This document shows positions 8,943-19,035 of a DNA stretch of 64,000 nucleotides, piece after piece. Origin of the DNA: Nannocystales bacterium (GTDB lineage: Bacteria; Myxococcota_A; Polyangia; Nannocystales; Nannocystaceae); NCBI GenBank assembly GCA_050633305.1, contig JBOEGF010000010.1, positions 640,001-704,000 of the forward strand. The letters are read 5' to 3'. The first letter of the stretch is position 1. Each line of letters starts with the position of its first letter. The position numbers and the translations under genes were made by a program. The notes below the pieces were generated by a model that saw nothing but the letters and a program-made list of their open reading frames with translations, had not been told where the DNA came from and did not search any database.

Positions 8943-11027
8943 GTGAGCGACGCGATTCACCGTTTCTTCGTGACGGCGCCGTTCGGGCTCGTCGATCCGC
9001 TCGCCCATGAGCTCGAGTTGTTGGGCGCGCGGTCGGTGTCCGTGGATGCCACGGGATGCCGCGTCCGCGGTCCGCTGTCGTTCGCGTACCGGATCTGCAT
9101 GCATTCCCACCTGGCCAGCCGGGTGTTCCTGCCCTTGGTCGAACTCATCGCCAAGGATGCCGACGAACTCGCCGCGGCCATCACGGAGATGCCGTGGGAG
9201 GACCACATGGATGTCGACGGGACGCTGGCCGTCGACTTCACGGGTCGCGGGATGGGAATCGACCACACGAAGTATGGCGCCCAACGGGTCAAGGATGGGA
9301 TCACCGATCGCTTCCGGGCCAAGGAAGGGCGGCGGCCGAACGTCGACACGGCCACGCCCGACCTCCGGGTTCATGCCCACGCCCGCGGTCGTGCGTGTCA
9401 GGTGAGTCTGGACCTCTCGGGAGGTGGCCTGCACCGACGGAGCTACCGCACCGAGTCTGGCCCGGCGCCGATCCGCGAAAACCTCGCAGCGATGATGGTG
9501 CTCGAGTCCGGGTGGTCCTCGCTCTCCGAAGAGGCGGACTCCGTCATGATCGATCCGATGTGTGGCGCGGGCACGTTGGTGATCGAGTCTGCGCTCATCG
9601 CCTGCAAACGGGCTCCCGGGTTGTCGCGCGATCGGTTCGGCTTCGAGCGCTGGAAAGGGCACGACGCCGAGGCTTGGGCGAGCATCGTCGAGGAGGCGGA
9701 GGCCGCCGTGCAGACCCCGCGGCGCGTCGTTGCGATGGGCTTCGACGCCGACGAAGGCGTCCTCGAGGTCGCGCGGGCCAATGCAGAGCGCGCAGGTGTC
9801 GGTACCTGTGTTCGGTTCACGGCTTCGCAAAGCGCGGAGGTCCGCCGCCCCGCAAAGGCGAAGCGTGGCGTGGTCATCACCAACCCGCCGTACGGAGAAC
9901 GGCTCGGGGGCAAGGTTGCGGCACGGGCCGCATACACCGAGCTGGGTGTTCTGCTCCAAGACCAGTTTCAAGGGTGGAGGGCGAGCATCATCTCCGTCGA
10001 TGACGCGCTGTTCTCGGCAACGGGGCTCATCCCCGACGTTTCCCGCTCCGTAAAGCAGGGCCCGATGGATGCCCGGATCGTAGGAGCCCAGGTGGCTCCG
10101 GTTGCGGGCGACCTCGTCAACCGGATGCGCAAGAACCACAAGCGACTGCTCAAGTGGGTGCGGCGCGAGGAGGTCGAGGTCTATCGCGTCTATGATGCCG
10201 ACCTGCCCGAGTACTCCGCGGCGGTCGACCTCTACCGCGACCGAGCTGTCGTGCAGGAATACGCGCCCCCGGCCGAGATCCCTGCGGACAAGGCCGCGAC
10301 CCGCCGGCTGGAGATCGTGACCGCCGTGGCCAACGTGTTCAACATCGCGCCACACCACGTCTATGTGAAGACGCGACGCCGTCAAAAGGGGGCGGACCAA
10401 TACGCGAAGGCAGAGGTCGAGCCCGCCGTGTGCATCGTGTCCGAAGCAGGCCTTCGGTTTCGTGTCGATCTGGCGTCGTATCTCGACACGGGGCTGTTCC
10501 CCGACCACCGACGAACCCGAGCGATGTTCGCCGAGCTGTCTCGGGGCAAGGACGTGCTCAATCTGTTCGCATACACGGGGACCGCGACGGTTCATGCTGC
10601 CCGCGGGGGCGCGGCGTCGACGACCACGGTCGACCTCTCGAAGACGTATCTCGACTGGGCGAAGCGCAACTTCGAGCTCAACGGCATCGAGGGCGATCAA
10701 CATCGCATCGTGCGCGCCAACGTGCTGGCGTGGCTCGAGGAGGAGACACGGGCCTATGACGTCGTTTTCTGCGACCCTCCGACGTTCTCCAACTCGAAGT
10801 CGATGGAGACGACCTGGGAAGTTCAGCGCGACCACCCTGACCTGCTCAGCCGCGTGGCCGCTCGACTGCGGCCTGGCGGCATCATCCTGTTCAGTACGAA
10901 CGCACGGCGTTTCACGATGTCGGACGCGCTCGAGGGGCTGGAGGTCGAGGAGATTACCCGCCACACGACGTCCCCGGACTTCGAACGTCGGCCCTTGCAT
11001 CGCGCGTGGCGGCTCACGAGAGCGTAA
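8943..11027 (+). CDS. rlmKL: Bifunctional 23S rRNA m2G2445/m7G2069 methyltransferase RlmKL
   Basis: THUMP + 'DPMCGAGT' + 'NPPYGERL' N-half; 'YRVYDADLPEY', 'YLDTGLFPDHR', 'NLFAYTG', 'DPPTFSNSK' C-half; GTG start. Confidence 0.93.
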   Translation: MSDAIHRFFVTAPFGLVDPLAHELELLGARSVSVDATGCRVRGPLSFAYRICMHSHLASRVFLPLVELIAKDADELAAAITEMPWEDHMDVDGTLAVDFTGRGMGIDHTKYGAQRVKDGITDRFRAKEGRRPNVDTATPDLRVHAHARGRACQVSLDLSGGGLHRRSYRTESGPAPIRENLAAMMVLESGWSSLSEEADSVMIDPMCGAGTLVIESALIACKRAPGLSRDRFGFERWKGHDAEAWASIVEEAEAAVQTPRRVVAMGFDADEGVLEVARANAERAGVGTCVRFTASQSAEVRRPAKAKRGVVITNPPYGERLGGKVAARAAYTELGVLLQDQFQGWRASIISVDDALFSATGLIPDVSRSVKQGPMDARIVGAQVAPVAGDLVNRMRKNHKRLLKWVRREEVEVYRVYDADLPEYSAAVDLYRDRAVVQEYAPPAEIPADKAATRRLEIVTAVANVFNIAPHHVYVKTRRRQKGADQYAKAEVEPAVCIVSEAGLRFRVDLASYLDTGLFPDHRRTRAMFAELSRGKDVLNLFAYTGTATVHAARGGAASTTTVDLSKTYLDWAKRNFELNGIEGDQHRIVRANVLAWLEEETRAYDVVFCDPPTFSNSKSMETTWEVQRDHPDLLSRVAARLRPGGIILFSTNARRFTMSDALEGLEVEEITRHTTSPDFERRPLHRAWRLTRA

Positions 11028-11066
11028 GCACCGCTGCCACGCTGAGCTGCTACGTTTCCGAAGCGC

Positions 11067-13727
11067 GTGACCGTCACTGTGGACGATAACGACTCGGGCA
11101 CGCTGGCCGGCGAGTTCCGGGCGGCGGGTCGGGAGGCTCGTGCACTCGATGCGAGTCGGATGTTCGAGTCCCTCAGCGCCAAGCTGTTCGACGGGGGCCG
11201 TACAGTCAGCATCGGGCGGTTCGAGCTGCGTGAGCGGTTGGGCGCGGGCGGCATGGGCGTTGTGATGTCCGCGTTCGACCCGCAGTTGCACCGGACGGTC
11301 GCGGTCAAGGTCCTCCGGGACGCGGGCGACTCCGAAGAACAGGCCCGGTTGCTGGACGAGGCGCGGGCGATGGCGAAGGTCCGTCATCCCAACCTCGTGA
11401 CGGTGTACGAGGCGGGAACGCACGAAGACTCCGTCTACATTGTGATGGAGTTCGTCGAGGGCGGGACCTTGCGGGCGTGGTTGGAGGGTAGCCCCCGCAC
11501 TTGGCGTGACGTGGCGCAGGTGTTCTTGCAGGCGGGGCGAGGTCTCGCCGCCATTCACGATGCGGGCATGGTCCACCGCGACTTCAAGCCGGACAACGTG
11601 TTGCTCGGCGAAGACGGTCGCCCGCAGGTCTCCGACTTTGGGCTTGCACGGCATCAGCGAGCGCCGATGGCTTCCGTCGACCTCGAGGCGAGCGAGGACG
11701 GAGACGCAAACGCGACCCAAACGGGCGGGCTGGCAGGGACCCCGAACTACCTCGCGCCAGAGCAGTGGCGGGGTGAACGTGCCGACGCGACCAGCGATCA
11801 GTGGAGCTTCTGCGTGACGCTCCACGAGGCGCTGTTCGGTCAGCGTCCGTTCGAGTGCACCACCGTCGCCGAGCTGTGTTTGGCCGTGATGTCGGGCAAG
11901 CGGACCGCGCTGCCCGAGTCAGTGCCAGCCGTTCCGCGGTGGTTGGAGAGGATCCTCGAGCGCGGGCTTTCCACGGAGCGGAGCGCCCGGTTCCGCACGA
12001 TGCACGAGCTGGCCGCGGCGATCGAGAACGGGCTCGACACGCGCCGAGGGCGGACGCTGAGGGTCGCCGCGCTGGCCACGTTGGGCACTGGGGCGGTTGC
12101 AGGCGTTGCGTTCGTGGCAACGCAGGATACGCCCTGTCAGGATATCGATCTGCGCCTCGAGGAGGCGTGGACCCCGTCGCGCAAGGCGAGCATCGCGGCG
12201 CAGTTCACCGCCGTACCCGAGTTTGGCGAGGCGGTTTGGGGCCTGCTCGAATCCAAACTCGATGCTCGGGTCGAGGAGTGGACGGAGCAGCGCCGTGATG
12301 CATGCGAGGGCACCCACGTTCGCGGCGAGCAATCGCATGAGGCGCTCGATCTTCGGATGCGGTGCCTCGATCGCCGCGCTGTGGAGGTCGAATCGCTGCT
12401 CGAGACCTACGACACGATCGAGCCCGAAGGCGTGCCGCTCGCGTTGACTCGGCTGGGTCGCCTGCCTGCCATCGATGTCTGCGCTGACCTGGAGTTTCTC
12501 GAACTCTCACAGCCGACACCCGAGGCCGCGGAGGAGCGCGAGGCGGTCGCGAAGCTTCGTGAACGCGGCGGTCGGCTCAACGCCACCTCGGGCGGGGACA
12601 ACCTCGAGGAGTTCGAAGCAGCAGCTGTGGCCTTGGTCGCGGATGCGGTCGAGCTTGGCTATGAGCCGTTCATCGCCGAGGCCAAACTGACGCGGGCAAA
12701 AATCGAGAGCCTGCTGGGTCACGGTGAAGTGGCGGGAAACTTGTACGAGGAGGCGTTCGAGCACGCCCTCGCCACCGGTCACTTGAAGGTTCAGGTGTGG
12801 TCCGCTGTCGTCGCGACCTTTGTCTATGCCGAACAGGTCCGCGACCCCAAGGCAGCCGATCGCTGGGGCCGTCAGGCTCAGGCGTTGCTTCGTGCTCACC
12901 CGTATTTTCAGCCCGCCCGTCGAGCACTTCAGACGAATCTTGGGAGTGCGGCGTTGCGCGCAGGCGACTTTGACAAGGCGCGCGAGCACTTTGATGAGGC
13001 GGTTCGGCTGTTCGAAGAGGCAGGACTCGGCGAATCGATCGATGCGATCGGGGCTGAGGCAAACCTCGGAATCCTCGAGCGGCGGGCCGGCAACCTCGAC
13101 GAAGCCATGACACGTCTCGAGCAGGCGAAGGCGAATGCCAGGCGCGGTTTGGGCGATGCGCACCCGATTGTGGGGAGCATCAGCAACAGCCTGGCGGCGG
13201 TCTATCTGAATCTGGAACGTTTCGACGACGCCGAGGCCCAGTACCGCGAGTCGTTGGAGCTTCTCGAGCGGAACCCTGCGACCGGGTCATCTCGCATCGG
13301 GCATCCGTTGAACAACCTCGGCCAACTGCTCGTGGAGCGTGGCGAAGCAGAGGAAGGGGTGCCGCTCCTCAGCCGTTGTATTCGGCTCTGGACCCAGAGC
13401 GAGGGGGCCGACTACCCGGGACTCGCCGGCCCTTTGTCGTACCGAGGAGAGGGGCTCGTGGCGCTTGGACGGGTTGAAGAAGCCCAGGCTGACTTATTGC
13501 GGGCGCGCGAGCTTCAGCCGAAGTCCGCCTCTCCTGATGAGCAGGGCCGGGTTCTTCTGTTGCTGGCGCGCGCCTATGCGACGACCGACCAGGCGCGCGC
13601 CGAAGGCTTCATCGAGGATGCCCGAGCCTTGGAGACCACCGGGCCCGAGCTGTTGCGCAAGCTGGCGGACTGGCCGGACGCTGCAACCCAAACCCAAACC
13701 CAAACCCAAACCCTGGCCCGGGACTAG
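11067..13727 (+). CDS. Membrane Ser/Thr protein kinase with Cys-containing extracytoplasmic region and TPR repeats
   Basis: GAGGMG, VAVK, HRDFKPDN, DFG, GTPNYLAPE; TM 'VAALATLGTGAVAGVAFVA'; NLG/NSLA/NNLG TPR motifs. Confidence 0.9.
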   Translation: MTVTVDDNDSGTLAGEFRAAGREARALDASRMFESLSAKLFDGGRTVSIGRFELRERLGAGGMGVVMSAFDPQLHRTVAVKVLRDAGDSEEQARLLDEARAMAKVRHPNLVTVYEAGTHEDSVYIVMEFVEGGTLRAWLEGSPRTWRDVAQVFLQAGRGLAAIHDAGMVHRDFKPDNVLLGEDGRPQVSDFGLARHQRAPMASVDLEASEDGDANATQTGGLAGTPNYLAPEQWRGERADATSDQWSFCVTLHEALFGQRPFECTTVAELCLAVMSGKRTALPESVPAVPRWLERILERGLSTERSARFRTMHELAAAIENGLDTRRGRTLRVAALATLGTGAVAGVAFVATQDTPCQDIDLRLEEAWTPSRKASIAAQFTAVPEFGEAVWGLLESKLDARVEEWTEQRRDACEGTHVRGEQSHEALDLRMRCLDRRAVEVESLLETYDTIEPEGVPLALTRLGRLPAIDVCADLEFLELSQPTPEAAEEREAVAKLRERGGRLNATSGGDNLEEFEAAAVALVADAVELGYEPFIAEAKLTRAKIESLLGHGEVAGNLYEEAFEHALATGHLKVQVWSAVVATFVYAEQVRDPKAADRWGRQAQALLRAHPYFQPARRALQTNLGSAALRAGDFDKAREHFDEAVRLFEEAGLGESIDAIGAEANLGILERRAGNLDEAMTRLEQAKANARRGLGDAHPIVGSISNSLAAVYLNLERFDDAEAQYRESLELLERNPATGSSRIGHPLNNLGQLLVERGEAEEGVPLLSRCIRLWTQSEGADYPGLAGPLSYRGEGLVALGRVEEAQADLLRARELQPKSASPDEQGRVLLLLARAYATTDQARAEGFIEDARALETTGPELLRKLADWPDAATQTQTQTQTLARD
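13685..13713 (+). repeat. (AACCCA)x4.8 hexanucleotide repeat encoding a TQTQTQT tail
   Basis: Directly visible tandem repeat. Confidence 0.9.
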
Positions 13728-13755
13728 GGGTCCGGACCGCGGTTGGGCTCGCGGG

Positions 13756-14175
13756 CTACCAGGAGCCGGTGTTTTCCATGCTGGCCCAGGGCTCGGCTGG
13801 AGCGAGGCGTTCTCCGGCTTGCAACAGCTCGACGGAAATCCCATCGGGAGAGCGGACGAACGCCATGTATCCGTCTCGTGGGGGCCGGTTGATCGTCACC
13901 CCGGCGGCCTGAAGTCGGGCACAGGTCTCGTAGATGTTCTCGACTCGATACGCCAGGTGCCCAAAGTTCCGGCCCCCCGCGTAGGGCTCTTCGTTGTCCC
14001 AGTTGTGGGTCAGCTCGACCTCGGGGGCACCGGGTTCGGTCGCGAGGAACACGAGCGTGAAGCGCCCCTTGGGCACGTCCTTTCGGCTCGTCTCGACGAG
14101 GCCGAGCTTGTTGACGAAGAAGTCGAGCGCCGCGTCCAGGTCGCGGACGCGGATCATCGTGTGCAGGTACTTCAC
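13756..14175 (-). CDS. gloA: Lactoylglutathione lyase (glyoxalase I, VOC family)
   Basis: '[55 protein letters not shown]'; GTG start. Confidence 0.88.
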   Translation of the reverse strand: MKYLHTMIRVRDLDAALDFFVNKLGLVETSRKDVPKGRFTLVFLATEPGAPEVELTHNWDNEEPYAGGRNFGHLAYRVENIYETCARLQAAGVTINRPPRDGYMAFVRSPDGISVELLQAGERLAPAEPWASMENTGSW

Positions 14176-14185
14176 CGCCCGGAGG

Positions 14186-14794
14186 CTACCTGAAGTTCTC
14201 GCGCTTCTTATGGCGGCCATCGCACCAGGGCTTGTTCTTCGACAGGCCACAGCGACACAGGGTTGCGCGGGTGTCGTCTTGTCGCTCGTTGAGCTCCGCG
14301 TTGATCTCGAACTTCTGCTGCACCCGGAGCTCGCCGCCCTCCATGATGTCGATCGCCGGGCCAGCAACCGCGGCTGGGGTGGCGACCTCGGTGGACTCGT
14401 AGCTCAGCGCGCCGGAGGGGCACGACTGCACCACGCAGGCGATCTCCGCTGCAGCCTCGGCATCACCCTCGAGCTCCCGCTTGCGGAGTTCTTTGAGCGG
14501 CTTGCAGTAGAACACGTGCATGCAAGCGTTGGGGTTGAAGAACGTCCGAATGCTCTTCCCCTCCCACACGTGGATGTCCTTGCCGGCTCCTTCGCTGGGC
14601 TCGGCCACGAAGCCCGCCTTGGTGTGGCTCCCGTCGCAGAACGGTGGGTTCTGGCTCTCGCCGCATCGGCACACGTAGACGTCCTTTCCGGCCTCCACGG
14701 CGACTGCTTCGCCACAGTAGTTGAGCGTGAGCTCGTCGCCCGAGATCTTGAGGGGACCGTTGTCGAGAACTGTGAGCGAGATCGGCTTGTTCAT
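14186..14794 (-). CDS. CDGSH [2Fe-2S] protein: CDGSH - divergent 4Fe-4S (DUF1271-like) - CDGSH
   Basis: '[16 protein letters not shown]', 'CMHVFYC..CPSGAL', '[16 protein letters not shown]'. Confidence 0.88.
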   Translation of the reverse strand: MNKPISLTVLDNGPLKISGDELTLNYCGEAVAVEAGKDVYVCRCGESQNPPFCDGSHTKAGFVAEPSEGAGKDIHVWEGKSIRTFFNPNACMHVFYCKPLKELRKRELEGDAEAAAEIACVVQSCPSGALSYESTEVATPAAVAGPAIDIMEGGELRVQQKFEINAELNERQDDTRATLCRCGLSKNKPWCDGRHKKRENFR

Positions 14795-14895
14795 GGTGCG
14801 CTTCCAAGCCTACGCGGTCTTACGATCCGTGTGCCACAGAGGAGCGTTCCGCTAGCGTGAACGCTGTTGCCGGGCCCGAGTCCGAGCGGGCGTGC

Positions 14896-15783
14896 TCAGC
14901 TGTCGGCGACTTCGCCGTAGCGCGTCAGCGTCAGTTCAACGCTCGTGCAGTCTTCACGCAGGCTTGGGAGCTCGGGGTCGAACGGATCGTCGAGGTCGAA
15001 ACTCTCCTCGCAGTAGATCGCAAGCAGCTGCTCGTCGGCGACATCGGTCGAAAGACGGCTCGCGTGTTCGAGCGTGAGAGCATGGGGTCCCGAGCGTGCT
15101 TCGAGCTGGGTGACCGGCATCAAGATCTGGACCGCAGGGCGGGAGTCTTCTCCGTCGGTATCGGAGAGTTCCTCGGCGTCCGGAGCATTGGGATCGGCTT
15201 GGGTTGCGGAGATGACCGCGACGTAGCCTGCTTCGTGCGGCGAGACGTGCAGGGTGACCGCGGTGTCCCACGAGACGCGGTCGCCGTGTTCGATCCGAGC
15301 TTGCGAGGACGATGGCGAGGACGATGGCGAGGACGAGGACGATGCGGCGACCGAGAAGTCCAGCGCAGGTGTGAACATCGCCGCCCCCTCGAGTTCGGCC
15401 GTCGTGGTGTAGGGGCTGGCGGTCAGCGGTGTGTCCTCGGGCTCGCTGCGCTCGACCTGTTGTGGCTCGGGGAGGGCCATCATCAAGAGGGCGGCCGCCG
15501 CCGCAACCGTGCCGGCGATGCCCAGCGTGCCCAGCCACTTCTGCGGCTTCTCCTTCGACTCCGCCGCCAAGGGGGGGGGTACGGAGAACGAGACCGCATC
15601 CGACCGCATGGATGCGATCCGGTTCGCACAGAGCTCACAGCTCTCCACGTGCTCGATCACCGCCTCGCACATGGGTGTAGACAGCTCGCCGACCTCAAAG
15701 CGGTCGAGGGTGAGCATGGTGAGGTGCCCGTCGCGGGCGAACAAACCTGCATGCAGCGGACGGACGTTGTCGTGCGTGGTCAC
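14896..15783 (-). CDS. Zinc-binding (ZAS/zf-HC2) transmembrane anti-sigma factor with DUF4384-like C-terminal domain
   Basis: HxxxCxxC 'HVESCELC', TM helix 'LGIAGTVAAAAALLMMAL'; GTGA overlap with upstream ECF sigma. Confidence 0.8.
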   Translation of the reverse strand: MTTHDNVRPLHAGLFARDGHLTMLTLDRFEVGELSTPMCEAVIEHVESCELCANRIASMRSDAVSFSVPPPLAAESKEKPQKWLGTLGIAGTVAAAAALLMMALPEPQQVERSEPEDTPLTASPYTTTAELEGAAMFTPALDFSVAASSSSSPSSSPSSSQARIEHGDRVSWDTAVTLHVSPHEAGYVAVISATQADPNAPDAEELSDTDGEDSRPAVQILMPVTQLEARSGPHALTLEHASRLSTDVADEQLLAIYCEESFDLDDPFDPELPSLREDCTSVELTLTRYGEVADS

Positions 15784-16304
15784 GGGGTGGCTCCTTGAGG
15801 GGGGTCGGCGGGGTGGTCGGCGGCCTGATGAGCGAGGTCGCGGAGGCGAGCGAGGCGGTTGCCCACTGTCCGCGGCGAACAGCCGACGACCCGGGCGACT
15901 TCGGCGTGGCTCATGCCATCGACGAAGTAGTGCAGACCGATCGCGACGTGCTCATCATCGAGCTGCCGCCAGAACTGCTTGAGAAAGGTGACCGTGTCCT
16001 GGTCGGCCAGCCCACAGGGGACCGTCCAGGGTGCCTGCCCGTGTTCACGCCAAAGCTCGGCTCGGCGATTCGCATTGCGAAGCCGGTTGAGGCAGTGGTT
16101 TGTCGTGAGCCGGTAGAGCCACGTGGTCGCCGATGCGTCTTCCCGAAATCCCCCGATCCGCTCGAGGGTCTTCACGAAGACTTCATGCACGACCTCCTCT
16201 GCCTCGGACTGCGGGTAGAACCGCAGTACCCACCGAAACACGCGGGATGCGTGATCAGCGTAGAGCTTGCCGACGTCGGTCGGCTGCGCCCCGTGAGAAG
16301 CCAT
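15780..16304 (-). CDS. ECF RNA polymerase sigma factor
   Basis: Region 2 'EAEEVVHEVF..TTWLYRLTTNHCLN', region 4 'GMSHAEVARVVGCSPRTV'. Confidence 0.88.
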   Translation of the reverse strand: MASHGAQPTDVGKLYADHASRVFRWVLRFYPQSEAEEVVHEVFVKTLERIGGFREDASATTWLYRLTTNHCLNRLRNANRRAELWREHGQAPWTVPCGLADQDTVTFLKQFWRQLDDEHVAIGLHYFVDGMSHAEVARVVGCSPRTVGNRLARLRDLAHQAADHPADPPQGATP

Positions 16305-16445
16305 GCCGACATTAAGACCCTTGAAGCCCCGGCGTGCGCAAGCCGAGGGCCGACAAAGCTCCAAAGCACGCGAATGCGGTGCCAGCCGCATCAGCGCTAC
16401 GGTTTGCCGCAGGTTGCGCGCGGCCTTCTGGCCGGTGTCACCGCG

Positions 16446-16471
16446 TGCAACGAATCGGCCGCTTGTGCGTC
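16446..16471 (+). promoter_or_regulatory. Putative ECF-type promoter TGCAAC-N16-CGTC for 16482..17180
   Basis: AAC-N16-CGTC spacing typical of ECF promoters, 10 nt before the ATG, back-to-back with an ECF/anti-sigma operon. Confidence 0.55.
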
Positions 16472-16481
16472 TGTAGGTCAG

Positions 16482-17180
16482 ATGGGCTGGCGTTGGCGTG
16501 ATTCGTGGGCAGTTCGGGCGTGGTTTGCGGCGAGCGTGGCGGCTGCTGTGGGCGTCGGCGTGGGCTGGGGGAACTACTTTCGCCTGCCCGGAGCCATTCG
16601 GATCGATTGGGCCACGATCGGTCCTCTCGTGGTCGCGTTTGGCGGACTTTGTGCGCTCATGCTGGGCCTGGGCCTGGGTGGCGGCATGGTGGTTGTCTCT
16701 CGCAATCACGGCGTGAAAACGAGCGCCCTCCGACTCTCGCTCGGAGCGATGGGCGGCGGGCTGTTGGCAGGGACCATCCCGGCGACACTGGGCATCGGCG
16801 GCTTTGCGCAGCTTCACGCACCCTACGGCGGCACAGCCAACATTCTGGGCTCGTGTTTGTTGGCCAGCGCCACATTCGTGGCTTTGTTCGCTCCGCTCCT
16901 TCATCGGGAACGTCGTGTCGGCTTGCTCGGGCGTCTCGGGTTGGCCTCGATCGCCTCCTGCGTCACGGCTGTGACCCTTGGAGGTCTCGCGTGGATCTTC
17001 GTTCGTGAACTCGCGCTCGAGCCGAGCTTTGCCGAGATCGCGACCCTCGCCGAAGACATCGGCTTGTGGTCGTTCTCGCTGTACGTGGGCGCGGCACTCT
17101 CCGTGTTGCTCGGCTTGTTCGTGGGCCTCGCGACCTGGGTCTATCTCTCCTTGGTGCTCGCCGTACGCCGACCCTCTTGA
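16482..17180 (+). CDS. Hypothetical integral membrane protein (about 6 TM)
   Basis: Multiple Gly/Ala/Leu-rich hydrophobic segments; fills gap between sigma and ABC genes. Confidence 0.7.
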   Translation: MGWRWRDSWAVRAWFAASVAAAVGVGVGWGNYFRLPGAIRIDWATIGPLVVAFGGLCALMLGLGLGGGMVVVSRNHGVKTSALRLSLGAMGGGLLAGTIPATLGIGGFAQLHAPYGGTANILGSCLLASATFVALFAPLLHRERRVGLLGRLGLASIASCVTAVTLGGLAWIFVRELALEPSFAEIATLAEDIGLWSFSLYVGAALSVLLGLFVGLATWVYLSLVLAVRRPS

Positions 17181-17208
17181 GTCGCCGCGAGCGCAACGGC
17201 CCGACCGA

Positions 17209-19035
17209 CTACGTGTCGGTCGAGGACTCGGGCTCTTCGTCCTCGAAGCCCATCGTGTAGAGTTCGGCGTACTGGCCACCCTTGGCCATCAGCTCGTCGT
17301 GCGAGCCCATCTCCGCGATCTGGCCCTTGCTGAGCACGACGATCTTGTCGGCCCGCCGTACGGTGCTGAGGCGGTGCGCGATGACGATCACGCTACGGCC
17401 ATCGAGGAGCTTCTCGATCGCCTCCTGCACCTTTTGCTCGGTGATGGAGTCGACGCTCGCGGTGGCCTCGTCGAGGATCAACAGCGTGGGCTCGCGGGCC
17501 GCAACCCGAGCAAACGCGAGGAGCTGCGTTTCGCCCTGGGACAGGTTCCCGCCGCGTTCTCCCACCGCGAAGTCGAGGCCGCCCCGCTCGTCGATCAGCT
17601 TGCGGGCTTGGACAAGCTCGAGCGCGTCCATCATGCGCTGGGGGTCGCAGGAGATCTCGTTTTCACCCAGGCAGATGTTGTAGGCGACCGAGTCCTGGAA
17701 CAGGAACACGTCCTGCTGAACCATCAGCAGATGCTTGCGGACGTGGCCGGGCTTGACGCTACGTAGCTCGACGTCGCCGCCGGGGGTCTGCATGCTGACG
17801 CTGCCGCGGTAGCCGGTATAGAACTGGGTGAGGACGCGCCCCAGGCTGCTCTTGCCGGATCCGGTTCGGCCGACCACGGCGACGACCTCACCTGGTTCGA
17901 CGTCGAACGACAGCCCCTTGAGAACGTCCGGCCCATCCTCGCCATACGCGAACTGGAGGTCGCGGATCTTCAACCCGCCTTTCCAGGTGTCGAGGGGGTT
18001 GGTCTCGTCGGGTTGCACCGCGGGCTCGGTGGTCTCGTCGAGCAAGCCGTAGATGCGCTCGAGGGACGCGGCGGCGCGTTGGATGGTGGCGAGCTTGCCC
18101 GAGAACTCTTTGACCGGGATGAAGATGCGTTGCAGGTAGTCGACGAACGCAAACAGCAGGCCCAGGGTGACCGCACCGCCCTCGGTCAAGACGCTGGGCG
18201 CGGCGAAGTAGATCAGCAACGCCACCGAGAAGGCGGAGATACCGTCCATCACCGCGTAGAGCATCGCGTCGAAGACGTTGGCGGTCTTGGTGGCCTTGAG
18301 GTAGCGCCCCCCGAGCCGCTGATACTCGTCGTGTGCAGCTTTCTCGCGCCCGAACAGCTGCACGACGGTGATGCCCGAGAGTTGCTCCGCCAAGAACCCC
18401 GTCTGCGATGCCTGCGCCTTTCGAACCTCGAGCTGGAGCTTTCGTAGCGCAGCGCCGACGTAGCGCACGAGGACGAAGAGAATGGGCGCGACCACCAGCG
18501 TGATGAGCGTGAGCCAGGGGCTCAGCCACAACATCGCCGAGAGAATCGACAAGATCATCACGATGTCGGTGAGGATCATGAAGACCCCGAACGACAGCGT
18601 TTCGCTGAGAGCCTCGACGTCGGCTGTCGTGCGCGTGAGCAGGCTGCCCAGCGCGTTCTTGTCGAAGAACCGGTTGGGCAGGTGAATGACGTGGTCGAAC
18701 ACCTTGCGGCGAACGTCGGAGATCGTCATGTGGCCCGCGCGTTGGAGCGAGTACACCTGGACCGCCTGGCACAGGAACTCGGCCATGACCGCGACCATGA
18801 AACCCAGGCTCAGGATCCGTAGGCTGGCGGTGTCGCCTTGCGGGATGAGCTCGTCGACCGCGTGCTTGACCAGAAGGGGACGCAGGGTCGACATCGCGGC
18901 CACGAGCGGGATCATCGACAGGCCCATCGCGAGCCATCGCTTGTGCGTGGCGGCGAATGGCCAGAAGCGGCGCAGCAAAGCTGCGGTCGTGGCCGTGGAG
19001 GGCGGCGGAGCTTGGGTTTGGGATGATCCGCTCAC
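17209..19035 (-). CDS. ABC exporter, fused permease/ATPase (heterodimer partner B)
   Basis: TM domain; GRTGSGKS; degenerate signature LSQGE; LILDE; AH switch; GTGA overlap with partner. Confidence 0.92.
   Translation of the reverse strand: MSGSSQTQAPPPSTATTAALLRRFWPFAATHKRWLAMGLSMIPLVAAMSTLRPLLVKHAVDELIPQGDTASLRILSLGFMVAVMAEFLCQAVQVYSLQRAGHMTISDVRRKVFDHVIHLPNRFFDKNALGSLLTRTTADVEALSETLSFGVFMILTDIVMILSILSAMLWLSPWLTLITLVVAPILFVLVRYVGAALRKLQLEVRKAQASQTGFLAEQLSGITVVQLFGREKAAHDEYQRLGGRYLKATKTANVFDAMLYAVMDGISAFSVALLIYFAAPSVLTEGGAVTLGLLFAFVDYLQRIFIPVKEFSGKLATIQRAAASLERIYGLLDETTEPAVQPDETNPLDTWKGGLKIRDLQFAYGEDGPDVLKGLSFDVEPGEVVAVVGRTGSGKSSLGRVLTQFYTGYRGSVSMQTPGGDVELRSVKPGHVRKHLLMVQQDVFLFQDSVAYNICLGENEISCDPQRMMDALELVQARKLIDERGGLDFAVGERGGNLSQGETQLLAFARVAAREPTLLILDEATASVDSITEQKVQEAIEKLLDGRSVIVIAHRLSTVRRADKIVVLSKGQIAEMGSHDELMAKGGQYAELYTMGFEDEEPESSTDT

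Noticed and set aside
8862..11825. 987-aa minus-strand ORF
   Set aside because: Antisense shadow of rlmKL and the kinase. Long antisense ORFs are expected with strong GC3 bias, and it has no recognisable motifs.
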